A stretch of 64,000 bases of DNA from Octopus vulgaris (Eukaryota). The notes below the pieces were generated by a model that did not search any database, was not told where the DNA came from, and saw only the letters and a list, made by a program, of their open reading frames with translations. The position numbers and the translations under genes were made by a program. Position 1 is the stretch's first letter; each line of letters starts with the position of its first letter. Shown piece after piece: positions 24,422 to 39,910 of this stretch. The stretch covers positions 5,084,001 through 5,148,000 of the forward strand of contig OX597831.1 of assembly GCA_951406725.2 (NCBI GenBank), read 5' to 3'.

Positions 24422-25086
24422 TGGTCGTGGATTGTGTAGTATTTATCAAACAAATGTATGTTAAATCTTTTAGTTTGTTGTTCATAAATATGTATAAATA
24501 TGTGTGCGTGTACACACACACACACACGCGCGCATACACACGCACACGCACACACACACACACATACATTCACACAATGTGTAGAACATGTAGCTATAAA
24601 CATCTCTATGTAGATATATGCATTATGCATACGTACAAGATTTAATATGTTTGTATGTATATACATACATATATATGTATATATATATATACGTATGTAT
24701 ATATGTATACTTGTTTGTATGCGTGTATAAATGTTCTTCTATGTGTATGTGTATGTATATGTGCGTGCGTGTGTGTGTTTGCGTGGTCTAACTTCAAAAA
24801 CAGCGTTTGCAATGATGGCGGCCATGCGATATTGCAAACAAGCGCCATTTCAAAGAACAAAGATGAAATGCCAACAGAAAGTAATAAGAGCATTATCGAA
24901 AATTCCGCACTATTCATCTGATACCGCCATCTTTAATCTCATCTCACTCATTGGCAAGCGCTTCACACAGGACCGTTTATTTTTTATTTGTATTTTTTTT
25001 ATTTTTTATTTTATTTTTTTTATTTTTTGCCGCTTCCTTTTCTGTTTTGTTCTGCTATTCTTTCTGCTGTTTTCATTTTATTTCAT

Positions 25087-25129
<43 letters not shown>

Positions 25130-25214
25130 TTCTAATTCATTCTTTCTTTCGTCTATTCTTCCCTCTATTCGTTCGGTGTTTTTGTCTGTGTTTTTTATTT
25201 GTTTATTTGTTTTT

Positions 25215-25297
<83 letters not shown>

Positions 25298-25663
25298 GCT
25301 ACTGCTGCTGCTTGTTTCTCCACTCCCACTCTTTTACTCCCTCCTACTCTCTCTCTCTCTCTCTCCATCCCCGCATCCTCATAACAGTGATGCCTCCCCC
25401 CTCTCACTACCCTTTCCGTACGGTTTAGGTTTCTTTCAAGTGACTAAAGACAAGCATTTGCTTACAGGCATATACATACATACATATACATATATATATA
25501 TATGCACACACACACACACACATCTCTCTTTCTCTCTCACCCCCCTCTCTCTCTCTCAAAATACATACTCATCACAATCTGACTATCTCTCTATCGACAT
25601 GTAGCCCTGCTTCAATTTTCAATCTGTTTGCATCTCTCTCTCTTTTCTGCTCTACCTCTGACC

Positions 25664-25708
<45 letters not shown>

Positions 25709-27145
25709 ATTTCTTCATCCTTCAATCCATCTATTTTCTTATCAACCTATCCATCTCCTTCGCCTTCTCTCTTTCTCGCTCTCGCTCTCCCTCTCTCTTC
25801 TTTCCATCTCTCCATTTGTCTCTCTCTTTTGCGTCCTCTCTGTCTCTCTCTCTCTCTCTCGCTCTCTCTTTCTCTATCATTCTGACTATCTTCTTTCCAC
25901 CTATTCTTCTGCCACTCTCTCTACCTCTCCTTCTCTCTACCAATCCATATGTCTCTATCTTATTTCTCTAGCCATCTATATATATATATCTATCAACCTT
26001 TCTTTTCCTGTCTCTCCATCCTTCGGTTGTGTGTGTGTGTCTGTGTGTATATTTCTAACTAACAGATGTTTGTCGTTTATGATTTGGATTAGTTCGATCT
26101 CCAGAGAACGACCTGCTTATGCAAATTACAATATACGTTGATGAGTATTTTCCCAGGCACATATACCCTAAACACAACACTCACAGAAATTCACCGGTAC
26201 TTTATTCATTAGACCGAAATTTTAAATTAATTTCCAAACACCGAAATTTTATTATAATTTCTACACAGATTTAGATTTTTAAAATGCAAATTGCTAAAGA
26301 AAAGAAAATACGAAAACGAAAAAAGGAAATAGTAAAAGAAAAAAAGAAAAAATTCCTCGATTCTCTTCAATTTTCGAAGAAATTAATTACAAAAAAATTA
26401 CAAAACTTCGAAGTTTAAATATTTTGTTAAGTTTAGCCAATCATAAGTCTGCAAGATTTATAGCATACTTCATTATAAATTTTTCGAAAAAGAAAAAATA
26501 AATCAAAGTGATATTCATAATCAGTGGAACTATATTTGCAGAGAATTCTTCAAAAGTCTTGGACTCTATGTCTCGAAGGGGAAAAGAATATTGTCTGTGT
26601 GACACAGTGTGTGACAAAGCTGATATCTGGTGGGATTCCTCATAGTTACCGTCTATCATCTAGTTCCATGTACAAATCATGTGACCGAGTGAAGCTATGG
26701 TAGACATTATATTATGGAAATATATCGGATCAAGGAACTCATCACTGAGAAACTGACCCTTAATCAGCCCCACCTCCACCGACACAAACACGCACTTTCT
26801 TTCTCACACACTCTCTCTCTCTCTTTCTGACTTTCTCTCGCACACACATACACACACACTCTCTGTTTTTCTCTCTGTCTGTCTGCCTCTCTCTCTCTCT
26901 CTCATGCACTACTTGCTATTACATAATCCAAAAACCTTCCGTTTCCTTGTATCTGACTAACGCGGACATCAATGGCTTAAGAGCTCTAATTATTTAGTCA
27001 ATGGCGAATTCCTTAAAGAGCACACACACGCATATTGTATATATATATATATATATTATATGCACATAGATAAAACTTCCTTGGAAGAGGTTGCGTGGTG
27101 TTCAATCATATAATAATATAATATAATATAATATAATATAATATA

Positions 27146-27179
<34 letters not shown>

Positions 27180-27180
27180 C

Positions 27181-27445
27181 GCATATGCGGGCACAGGACG
27201 TCACGAAACGTGTACAACAAATAAATATGAAGCACGAGTACATGGAACATGAACTATTCTTTCGATCAACGAAAGACACAAATGGAAAACAAAGCACCCA
27301 ACAACTGATGAGGAGGCGTTTTCTATGTTGCTTGTTTTGTTTTCCATTTGTGTCTTTTGTTGTTCAAAAAAATAGTTCATGTTCCATGTACTCGTGCTTC
27401 GTATTTATTTGTTGTACACGTTTCGTGACGTCCTGTGCCCGCATA

Positions 27446-27448
<3 letters not shown>
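27181..27448. mobile_element. 268-bp fold-back element embedded in (TA)n, probably inverted Penelope-like termini
   Basis: 113-bp arms 27181-27293 and 27336-27448 with 5 mismatches. The 42-nt loop contains CTGATGAG. (TA)n lies on both flanks. Confidence 0.8.
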
Positions 27449-27484
<36 letters not shown>

Positions 27485-27545
27485 GTTTAGATGTAAGTAT
27501 GAACATATACGTATGTATATATGTATATATGTATATAGATATATA

Positions 27546-27596
<51 letters not shown>

Positions 27597-27931
27597 TATA
27601 TGTGAGTGTGTGTGTGTGTGTATATAAATGTTTTAAAAAATCGAAACGGCTGGATTGTTCAAAACCTCACCACAAATGTTTCAATAGCGTGGCTTATTCT
27701 TAAATGCGTGTCAGTTACATGCATGTTACATTACGTAAAAGTTGTTTTGTTGCTTAACCACTACACTTCTTCAGGCGATATTCTGCGAAAAATTTTGGCG
27801 AATATACGATGAATCTGTGAAGGAAGTGGATATTTACAACAAAGGAAATTCAGAAATGTATATACACAAACATGTACATGTCTGTGTGTTTGTGTGCGTG
27901 TATGTCATTGTATGTGTATGATTTACACATA

Positions 27932-28436
27932 TGTGGTGGATGCAACTCGCACCAATCAGTCTAACAGGTGACAGCACGACACAGAGATAGACAGATATAT
28001 CAAATACCATACAGCATAAATTCTTGATTTATTAAAATCAACTCCGATTCTAGAGAACGCAGCAAAATTACCAAATGGTAATTAAGACCAGCTCCATATG
28101 AGAAGGGGAGATAATCTCCAGAATGAAGAATTCTCAAAAGTTCACATACCGTTAAGGAAGAGACCAAGCTTATTGTTTGAAGAACAATAAATATTTAATA
28201 ATAAGTAGTTATAACTTGTGAACAATGTGTTCACTAAACTGAATTCATTAAATAATTCACTATATTGCCAGCTGCTCCATTTGTCTGCATAATACACATG
28301 GATAGAGATTCACAACTGAAACCAATTGTATCACGCCGAAACAGCCGCCTCTCTTATCGCTTCCTTTCCTCTTCCTTCTCCCTCATTATATACATACTTA
28401 CACACAAATACACTCACATATAAATGCACAACCACA
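27932..28436 (-). mobile_element. Probable solo LTR (about 505 bp)
   Basis: TGTGGT...ACCACA inverted termini, AATAAA on the minus strand near 28030, and a second diverged copy at 21860-22110. No clean TSD. Confidence 0.5.
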
Positions 28437-28524
28437 TTTACTCACTCATATATTTATATATATATATACATATATATATTGACATATATATAGATACACA
28501 CACACACACATATATATATACATG

Positions 28525-28557
<33 letters not shown>

Positions 28558-28643
28558 GTAATATATATGTGTGTATATATGTATAAATACATATATATAT
28601 TGATATATATATTGATATATATATATATAGGTGCATAGGTATA

Positions 28644-28685
<42 letters not shown>

Positions 28686-28719
28686 ATATATATATGTAAA
28701 AAATAGGTGCATAGGTATA

Positions 28720-28762
<43 letters not shown>

Positions 28763-28972
28763 GTCTCCTTTGTTCACTCGTGTTGCATGTATGTACGTAA
28801 GTATTGTATACACATGTACAAACATACATGCATATACATACTTATAAACACACACACACACACATTTATAAAAATAATTGCAAAGAAGGTTTATAACTGT
28901 CTCTCACTCTCTCTCTATATATATATATATATGTGTGTGTGTGTATGTGTGTGTGTGTTGTGTGTATACATA

Positions 28973-29061
<89 letters not shown>

Positions 29062-29779
29062 TCTGTTTCAACGAGTTTAATTTCTGGCTTCTTTGTTGTT
29101 ACACACTGTTGATAACTGACGTTGGCTTTGAGCTTTGTCCGCGCCTATTTATCTGTGTGTTTACCTGTATATTCTGTACGTCCCCCAGTTCTTTTATTAT
29201 AAATAATTAACATCACACGTGCGTGTGCGCGCGTATTTCCACAGTCTCCGTTCTTTTGACAGGTTCAGCTGATAGCTCTATCTCCTATATAATGATGTGG
29301 CTGTTTGTGTGGCTGTAGGCGTGGTTAAGCGTTCAGTTCATCACACTTTGGCTAATCTCCTTTCTTTTTGTGAAGTATTCAAGGGCGAGTCTGCTTTGAA
29401 ATTGGTCGGATGGGACTTTGGAAGAGGGACTTAAATTAAAATAATGGCTGATCTTACGTTGAAAGTTGAAGTTTTAGTTGCGATAGTATTTCTCAGCGAA
29501 GCAGTGATCACAGGTGTTGGTTTTGTTTCCGTATATTATTACTGTGACTTCACTTAAGTGCGTTGCGTGTATTTACTCCACCATCTTTTTATTTCCTCAC
29601 TTATTAGGGGAATGATGTGACGTTCTCATATGTGATGTTCTCATGTGTGTGCGTCTGTGTGTGTACTATGGATTCTTTCGTCATTGGACGACGCATCAGC
29701 TTACACAAACTATTAGTGAACAAACACGGAGATGATTTATTTATAGTGATCAAATTTGTATGGTTATATAAACACACAC

Positions 29780-29950
29780 ATTTCCTCAAATCGATACTGC
29801 CTATACAGGTGCACAATGGAGCCACACTTCAGATATCAAAACAATCGCAGAGCAACGTAAAAGAATGTGTTTTGATCAACGCGTTACTCGATCCGGAAAT
29901 CGAACTCACAATCTAATGCTCGTGAATGACATACTCTAATCACTACATAA
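29780..29950 (-). mobile_element. Decayed SINE family F segment, duplicated at 33841-34004
   Basis: 164 bp with about 5 substitutions between the two copies. Confidence 0.75.
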
Positions 29951-29957
29951 CGTGACT

Positions 29958-30012
<55 letters not shown>

Positions 30013-30243
30013 TGTGTGTGTATACATACCACACATATGTAAATACATATGTAGTTGTACACGTGCATGTATACATGTATCTGCGTGAGTATAAACATAT
30101 ATATATGAGTGTGTGTATATACATACATACACACATACACACATATATATATACACGCATATGTATGTAGTTATATACGTGCATGTATACATGTGTCTGT
30201 GTGAATGTATGTATGCATGTATGTATGTGTGTATATCGTTGCA

Positions 30244-30382
<139 letters not shown>

Positions 30383-30618
30383 CCAGCTTTAGATAGAAAA
30401 GGCTGAGAGATCATGGTGCGTCTGCCTATGTGAAAATCATTGAATAAATGAGATTTTAGTTACATTGACTGATGGATTGCTGTGTATATACATATATTGG
30501 AGTATACACTCATAGATTAACGGACGCGTAAATATTCTTGGATACATGTTTCATTTTCAACCATGCCCACACACATACAAACACAAACACACATACGCAC
30601 ACACAAATACATATATAG

Positions 30619-30683
<65 letters not shown>

Positions 30684-31027
30684 TAAGTCTTATATCGATT
30701 TGTAATTTAATATACTCTTATTTAAGTGAGCGTGCATGTGTGCGTACATATATAACTTCGTTTCCGAACAGATGTAGAATTGTATGGCGAAAATATACAT
30801 CGCTGATGAAGAATAGATCAGATTGTATACACTCAGATAAATAGATGGATGCTTACTCCTTTCTTATGTATTTACCTATATCCATAGATACGCACAATGT
30901 TTGTGTGTGTATATATATATATATATATATACATATATATGCACATATATATAAATATATCTATAACCATATATCCATACATATATACATATATACATAT
31001 ATACATATACATATATATACATACACT

Positions 31028-31105
<78 letters not shown>

Positions 31106-31162
31106 CACGCAGACACATATGCATGCGTATATATAAATGTGTGTATGAGTGTTCTAAATACA

Positions 31163-31193
<31 letters not shown>

Positions 31194-31457
31194 ACATACA
31201 CACAGACACATACATATATGTGTATATATGAATATGCATATTTATATATATATGATTGTGTGTGTGCACGCACACGCGCACGTATATGTGTATATTCATT
31301 TATATATAAATATATATACATACATGTATATACATTTATATATGTATATCTATGCATATATATATATATATATATATACATACACACACATATGTATATA
31401 TGTACACATGTATGTATTTATGTATTTATGTATACATATATATATATAGAGAGAGAC

Positions 31458-31569
<112 letters not shown>

Positions 31570-31588
31570 CATATATATACATAAATAA

Positions 31589-31623
<35 letters not shown>

Positions 31624-32086
31624 AACACAGGCACACATACATATATGGCAGTGTGTTGTTATGTAAATTTGTACTACTACACGCATCTATCCGTATTTGT
31701 GTATATTTGATGTCTTTAACGCAAACAGAACGTCCCATTAATCATGCAAAACCGAATTGAAGAATGTTAGCCGAAAGCTACAAGTTAACAATGCGAAAAT
31801 CAAAATATTGAAATCTTGACAATGAGCGAATGTCGCCGAAAGCGGCCAATAAATGACTTAGCGATAATTGAGTTTATTTATGCATCAATTCGACTTTCAC
31901 AAAAACCTATTAGGTTCCGTTGAATAAATAGAGCGGAGGAGGAGGAGAAGGAGGAGGAGGGGGTGATAGAAGTAGATATGTAGAGGAGATATACTTGAGA
32001 TATACTCGAATCTCTCTGCTCTCACCCACCTTCTTGAGTCTCTCATATTTTTTCCTGCTATGTTGCACTCTATCTATCTATCTGTA

Positions 32087-32191
<105 letters not shown>

Positions 32192-32315
32192 CTTCCTCCC
32201 TCCCTTTCTCTGCTTAGTTTTCTTTTGTCGCTCGCTTTCAATATTGATGAAACTTGTTCACACTTATCCACTATGTGTGTATGTGTATACATATACGTAC
32301 ATATATATATATATG

Positions 32316-32380
<65 letters not shown>

Positions 32381-32430
32381 GTATATGTATACTTCTATCC
32401 ATATATAAGTATATACATACATACATGCAT

Positions 32431-32461
<31 letters not shown>

Positions 32462-32747
32462 AATGTATGTTTATATATATGTATATATGTTTGTATATAA
32501 ATATATGCAAGCGTATACGTATATATATATACATATATGCGTGTATTCTTTTATTTGTCATTTGACGGCGGCTATGCTGGAGCACCGCCTTTTGTTGAAC
32601 AAACCGACCCCAGCACTTATTCTTTGTAAGCCTAGTACTTATGCTATCGGTCTCTTTTCCTGAATCGCTAAGTTACGGGGACATAAACACACCCACATCG
32701 GTTGTGAAGTGATGTTGGGACAAGCACAGACACACAAACACACACAC

Positions 32748-32846
<99 letters not shown>

Positions 32847-33404
32847 AATGTGTACGTACGCCGCTATATTTTTACATATAAAAAATAGAAAAATGGGACA
32901 AGAGTGCAAAACATCCAGACAGACGATACAAGGAAAACAAGGACGAGTCATTCGGAGTTTTCTTTCCTCAGTCGAGTTCCAGGTTATCTATGTATACATA
33001 CATGACTGTACATATCTATATGCACATATCCTAGAAACATACACACACACACACACACATGTGTGTGTGTTTATGAATGTATGTACGTATATATATACAT
33101 ATGCATATTTAGACATATATTCGTTATGATGGCTGTCGACACGTTTTCGAGTATGACCATGTTTTGCGCTGAAATTTCTTATCTAGAGCCTCTGTGTCAT
33201 GGCTGTCATAATACCGGGGACATACAATAGATATGACAAACAACACTCCATATCACACACTGACTTCATAGGCAAAGACGTTAGATCATTGGACAATATG
33301 TTTTACGTCATTTGTTCCTTTTCTTTACGTACGGAGTTTAAATCCAACGGAGGTCGACAAAATAAAGTACGAATCAAATACTATGGTGATTATAATTGAA
33401 TCTC

Positions 33405-33544
33405 TGAGTCCAAGATCTGCTGAGGTCGACTTTGCCTTTCATCCTTTCGGGGTCGATATATTAAGTACCAGAGAAACACTGCATCGAAGTAATCGACTAG
33501 GCCCCTCCCCACAAATTTGAGTCCTTGTGCCTCCCATAGAAAAG

Positions 33545-33600
<56 letters not shown>

Positions 33601-34170
33601 TGGTGAGGTGACATAATCGTTAGCACGCCGGGCGAAATGGTCAGCAGTATTTCGTTTGTCGCTCCTTTCTAAGTTCAAATGCCGCCAAGGTTAACTTTGT
33701 TGATAAATTAAGGACCAGTTGAGTACTGGAGTCGATGTTTCGACTGTCACCCTCCCCACAAAATCTTGTCCTTGTACCTATAGTAGAAAGGACTACCATT
33801 GTTACTGGCGAGCTGGGAGAATCGTTAGCACGCCGGACAAATTTCCTCAAATCGGTACTGCCTATACAGGTGCACAAATGAGCCACACTTCAGATGTCAA
33901 AACAATCGCAGAGCAACGTAAAAGAATGTGTTTTGATCAACGCGTTACTCGATCCGGGAATCGAACTCACAATCTAATGCTCGTGAATGACATACTCTAA
34001 TCACGACATTTCGTCGGTCTTCATGTTCTGAGTTCAAATTCAGCCGAGGTCGCTTTTGCCTTTCATCCTTTCGTTGTCGATGAAATAAGTATCAGTCACG
34101 CACTGGAGTCGATGTAATCGACTAGACCCCTTCTCCAAATTTCAGGTCTTGTGCCAAGAGTATAAAGGAT
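33405..34170 (+). mobile_element. Three tandem SINE family A copies, the last interrupted by a 164-bp insert
   Basis: Copies at about 33405-33545, 33600-33790 and 33806-34170. Confidence 0.8.
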
Positions 34171-34555
34171 TATTACCCCTGCTTTATCAAAGGCAGAGGT
34201 ATTATTTTCAGCCATGTTTATTTGTTTGTTTGTTCGTCTGTGGACAAGATATCTCAAGAACCACTGGATGGATTTGGATGAAAATTTCAGGGATGTTTGG
34301 CCTCGTGACTGGCACGAACTGATTACATTTTGGGATCGATCTGGTACCAGACAAGGATTCTGGATTACTTTTCTTGTTTTTTGTTTTTTTAAATATTTCA
34401 CTTTTAAGAGTGGTCAGGTTCATTTTTAGTGTTCTCGTTTGTGAGAGCAGTCGAGTTTATTCCAGATATTCTCATTTTAAAACCCCTCTCTGGCTAATCG
34501 TTGAGAGGACATTGGTGTTGCCTTGGCGGAGCTTTGCGCTCTCTGAATGGTCATG
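34170..34555 (+). mobile_element. Non-autonomous Helentron/DINE-1-like element (HINE)
   Basis: 5' TTATTACCCCTGC..GGCAGAGG, (GTTT)n, core CAAGATATCTCAAGAACCACTGGATGGATTTGGATGAAAATTT, and 3' CCTTGGCGGAG plus short GCGCTCTCTGA hairpin. This architecture is typical of DINE-1/HINE elements. Confidence 0.7.
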
Positions 34556-35208
34556 TTATTATTATTAAGATTATTTCACTGTATGATTTTCGCGGAAACG
34601 TCCTTCCGTTTACTCAAAGGCAAATGATTGCTAAATCCTGGACAGAAAACGGTGTATATTCGATAAGATCGATTTCTATATATGACTGATAATTGTTTTT
34701 ATCGACTACATTTGGATGATAAAATCGAATTACCGACACAGAATGTCATTTATGTCGCTGCTTTATAATTAGCGGTTAGGTGTTTCTACTGGCATACTGT
34801 AGATCAGTGTTCAAATATCGACAAGGTCCCTCTTTCCCGCGCACTCCCTCGTTCTGTTTTCATTTTCTCCAGCTTTCACTTCGCTCTGTCTATCCCATTC
34901 CTCCGACTTTACTCCCTTCTCTCTTTTTCTCTCTCACCCTTTCGCTCTCTCTCTTTCTCTCTCTCTCCCTCTCTTCTTCTTCTTCTTCTTCTTCTTCTTC
35001 TTCTTCTTCTTCTTCTTCTTCTTCTTCTTTCTTCTTCTTCTCCTTCTCCTCCTCTTCTCTCTTTTCTTCTCTCATCGTTCTTTCCCTCTTTCAGAAGTAT
35101 CGTGATACAGGAATCACAGTTTTCAAATTGAAGTTTTCACCTGGAAACTAGCATCAACGAAAAGGAGCTGCTAATGACACTATCTAACGATCTATCTATC
35201 TATCTCTA

Positions 35209-35259
<51 letters not shown>

Positions 35260-35325
35260 GTCTATCTATCTGTGTGCGCGCGTTAGTGTGTATAGACAGG
35301 TAAATATTCATGTGTCAATATATAC

Positions 35326-35376
<51 letters not shown>

Positions 35377-35400
35377 TGTATGTATGCATATATATATTTA

Positions 35401-35437
<37 letters not shown>

Positions 35438-35877
35438 TCGTTGGGTGGTTGTAGTTACTAATATGTGAGCCTCTATTTGTATATGTATAGATGTGTGTGT
35501 GTATTAGACACTTACAGTTTTCCCAAAGCAGTCTGATATATGTAAAAATTATGAAAATCATTTGTTTTAAAGGCGAAACAATAAAAGTTATAAGATAATT
35601 AAGGTCGATGGTTTCTATTATTACCTGATATTTCAACTTTTCAAGGTTAGGATTTCCGCTGGTGCTTTTAGATGGCTTCAATGTAGTGTGTTCACTACAT
35701 TAAACACATACACACACACGCATGCACACATAGAGACATACACGCATATATACAAATATATAAATATATAGATATATATACTCTTACATATATACAAATT
35801 CAAATATATTATATATATATACATGTATACGTAACTCATATACATACATGTATATATATATATACATGCATACATAC

Positions 35878-35920
<43 letters not shown>

Positions 35921-35954
35921 CATATATATAGAGAGAGACACATACATACATACA

Positions 35955-36039
<85 letters not shown>

Positions 36040-36973
36040 ATATGTATGTATATATGTATATACTCACACACATACATACATATATACACACAGACATACA
36101 TATACATACATAAATCTATTTAGATATACTCACTCATACACACACAGATAGACAAACAGACAGACAGATAGGCAGACAGACAGACAGATAGATAGATAGA
36201 TACATACATACATACATACATACATACATACATACATACATACATACATACATACATACATAGACAGACGTGTACATATGTATCGTAATTTCAGGATTAT
36301 GTATATAGAGATATATATTTAAAGACGCAAATCCCTATCTAAGGAAGAACTACAGATGTCAGGTATAATATAAGTACGTCCGTGTCTGTGTGTGTGTGTG
36401 TGTGTGTGTGACTGTTTGCGTGTGTGTGTATTTATATGAGTGCATGTGTGCGTGTGTGCAAATGAATGCAATTGTCTGTATATATATATATATATATATA
36501 CAGCGTAACAGAGCAGACCGTATTTGTGCGAGAAACTCGTGGGAGCCGAGGATGGTTGGCTGATTGTCTGCATACGAAGCTGAGCGAAGCTTCACTGAGA
36601 GAGTGAGAGAGAGAGGCAAGAGAGAGAGAGAGTAGTAGCATCACTCTTCGTAATGATATGCTGTTGGCGATAGTGTCGCTGCCGGTGCTGGTGGTGTTGT
36701 TCTTTATTGGGGAGGGGGGTGCTACGTTGCTCATTGTTGGGGAGCGGTGGCAGGGAAGAAATTCTACGGATCAAACATGATTGGCTGACGTGTGTTTCGA
36801 AGGCAGAAACACATTTTGACAACGCCTTATGAAAATTTCCTTTGCTCTTCTTCGTGTTGCTCATAATAGATATATAACAACGTTGATGTAATTTTGAACA
36901 CGTTTAGAAGTTGGTGCGTTGGTCCGGGCGAAATAGGCTGGTATGGGTGCGTGCGCGTATGGATGTCTGTCTG

Positions 36974-37072
<99 letters not shown>

Positions 37073-37209
37073 ATCTATCTATTTGTCTGTCTGTCTGCCT
37101 GTTTGTCTGATTGTCTGTCTGCCTTTTTATCTCTCTTTTTCTCTATCTATCTATTTATCTATATATATATATATCTGTTTATCTAACTATGTATCTGTCT
37201 GTCTGTTTG

Positions 37210-37241
<32 letters not shown>

Positions 37242-37253
37242 CCTACCTATCTA

Positions 37254-37386
37254 TACGATCCCTTTTGATCGAAACTCCCCCTTCCTTTTTTTTTTTTTTT
37301 TTTTTTTTTAAACCTTCAAAAGAAAAGCTCTACCTTGTAATTTGTTCTATCTGTGTGCAGCCCTGTGTGGCTAATAAAGAAACATA
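37254..37386 (+). mobile_element. Extremely 5'-truncated copy (3' UTR end) of the Tx1-like LINE, within (TCTA)n
   Basis: Matches the reverse complement of 49501-49640 except in the poly-T run. Ends GCTAATAAAGAAACATA-(TCTA)n and is preceded by (TCTA)n. Confidence 0.9.
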
Positions 37387-37576
37387 TCTATCTATCTATC
37401 TATCTATCTATCTACCTGTCCACCTGTCTGTCTGTCTGTCTATATATTTATCGATCTATTTACCTATTTAGATACCTCTCTCTTTCTCTCGCTCTCCCTC
37501 CCTATATATATATATATATATTGTATCGTTTTCTTGAGTTATACGTTCTTGTCCATGTTGTATTTTTCTACATACC

Positions 37577-37722
<146 letters not shown>

Positions 37723-37904
37723 GTGTGTGTGTGTGTGTGTAAATAACATTAATATAGACAGCCGTATGCAATATTTTACCAAAAACAAAATTTATAATTG
37801 CTAGAAAATATGACTAGGCTGTTATACATACACACACACATACACAGACACACATACACACACGTGCATATATATATATACCTGAATGTGTACATCACTT
37901 TCAC

Positions 37905-38310
37905 CTTTTACTTGTTTCAATCATTAGCCTGCGGCCATGCTGGGGCACCACTTAGAAGGGTTTTAGGCGAACAAATCGAGCCCTGTATTTATATTTCAAT
38001 CCTGGTGCTTATTGTATCAGATTTTTGCTGAACCGCTAGGTTACTTGAACGTAAACAAAACAACACAGGTTATCATGCTGCATGGGAAGGAACAAACCAA
38101 AATCCTCTCTCTCACACACACATATGCACATACACAAACACACAGACAGACAAACAGACATACACTATACAGGACGGGATTCTTTCAGTTTCCGTTTACA
38201 AAATCCACTCACAAAGCTTTTGTTGACCTTAGCGCCATGTGTAGAAGCCGTTTGCCCAAAGGTGACACACAATGGAATTGAACACGGGTCTATGTGACTG
38301 GGAAGCAGCT
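37905..38310 (-). mobile_element. SINE family B, diverged near-full copy
   Basis: Colinear with 56851-57271. Confidence 0.75.
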
Positions 38311-38416
38311 CCTATGTGTTTGTGTGTGTGTGTCTGTGTGTGTCTGTGTGTGTCTGTGTTTGTGTATGTATGTGCACATGTGTGTATCATATATCGATAC
38401 ACTATATGTGTGTATG

Positions 38417-38509
<93 letters not shown>

Positions 38510-39735
38510 TGTATGTATGTATGTATATTTATGTAGAGACGTGGAGTGTGCGGTAAGAAGCTTGTTCCCAATCCATATGGTTCTGGGTTCAGTTCCAGGG
38601 CGTATGCATACATTTGAGTGCGTGTGCGTGTATTTGTGTCTGCGAGTATATGTGTGTATGTGTAGTGTATCTGTTATATATAAGTATATATATATATGTG
38701 TGTGTGTGTGTGTTTGTGTGTATAAATGTAATATATTTGTCACATATGTGTGTGTAATTGTCGGCGTGTTATGTGCAATCTCTTACAAAACGCATCCTTT
38801 TTTATTTGTTGAGGGTTATAAGTTAAGTTTATAAATTTAGAAGGTTTCATCACACACCTATTGAAATATACTTTAAAATCGTTTTTGTATTGAGGGAATG
38901 CTTTGTTCTGTTCTGTGCAAGTGTGTTCTATATTATGGCTTCATACTGGAATAAAATGCGAAACCAAAACCACGAATTTATCTTATATAAACTTCGTTAT
39001 ACACCTATCATATTTCGGTTTAGCTCTCGGATCAACTCTGTAGTTATTTATAATTTAGTCAAGAAATTTTAGCATGTACAATGTAAGACACGTAATTTTA
39101 GCTGTGATATTCTTTGTAACTGTGGTGCTGTACGAGGATACTGTAGCTCTCCTTCGCCCACCCCACGCTACAGTTTTGTTATCATCCACTCATTGCAAAT
39201 AACTAATACGCGGAGAAAATTCAGCATTCCTTTCATCTTTCTGAGAGAACTTTTGCTTAGATAATTACAAAATATGGTTCTTGAATGTAACACAATCATT
39301 AAACAATTGTAAGACGCATCAGGTATAGATTATGCATATTAAGACACGAAGCATATAAAGAGATGTTATTAACTCTCCATATAATAGCCAACGTACTCAT
39401 GAGCCATTTTACGTAAGTGTGTTGCTCACAGACTGTAATAACTTGCCTTGTTTTCAACGATATATTATCAGTAACAATTATTGCGTCTAACGGATTTATG
39501 ATTCTCAAGATCTTTGGCTTACAACAAGTGGTCTTCAAGCTGTAATATGGTTGCATTAAACAATGTTTCGGTACATTTCAAAATGTAAAACACCGTATCT
39601 TATGTACAAGCAAGCATGATATAATATAATATATGCATATATATATATATATCTCAATATACTAAATATAAAATAGTGATATAATAAAATATATGCATAT
39701 ATATATATGTATATATATGTATATATATATATATA

Positions 39736-39799
<64 letters not shown>

Positions 39800-39874
39800 A
39801 TAAAATGTTCATATATATGAAATGCTTTTTAAAAATAATTCTATAGTTTACAAATGCGAGGGACATTTTCCTTT

Positions 39875-39910
<36 letters not shown>

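Noticed and set aside
26441-26750. Unique island with 72-aa ORF and a box C-like GTGATGA on the minus strand
   Set aside because: There is no recognisable domain and no suitably placed box D or terminal stem.
21860-28436. Full LTR retrotransposon bounded by the two LTR-like copies
   Set aside because: The copies are highly diverged and the interior is microsatellites and host-like DNA without gag/pol.
36658-36780. Signal-peptide-like short ORF MLLAIVSLPVLVVLFFIG
   Set aside because: It is only about 40 codons, has no donor after the hydrophobic stretch, and GT-rich sequence readily encodes such residues.
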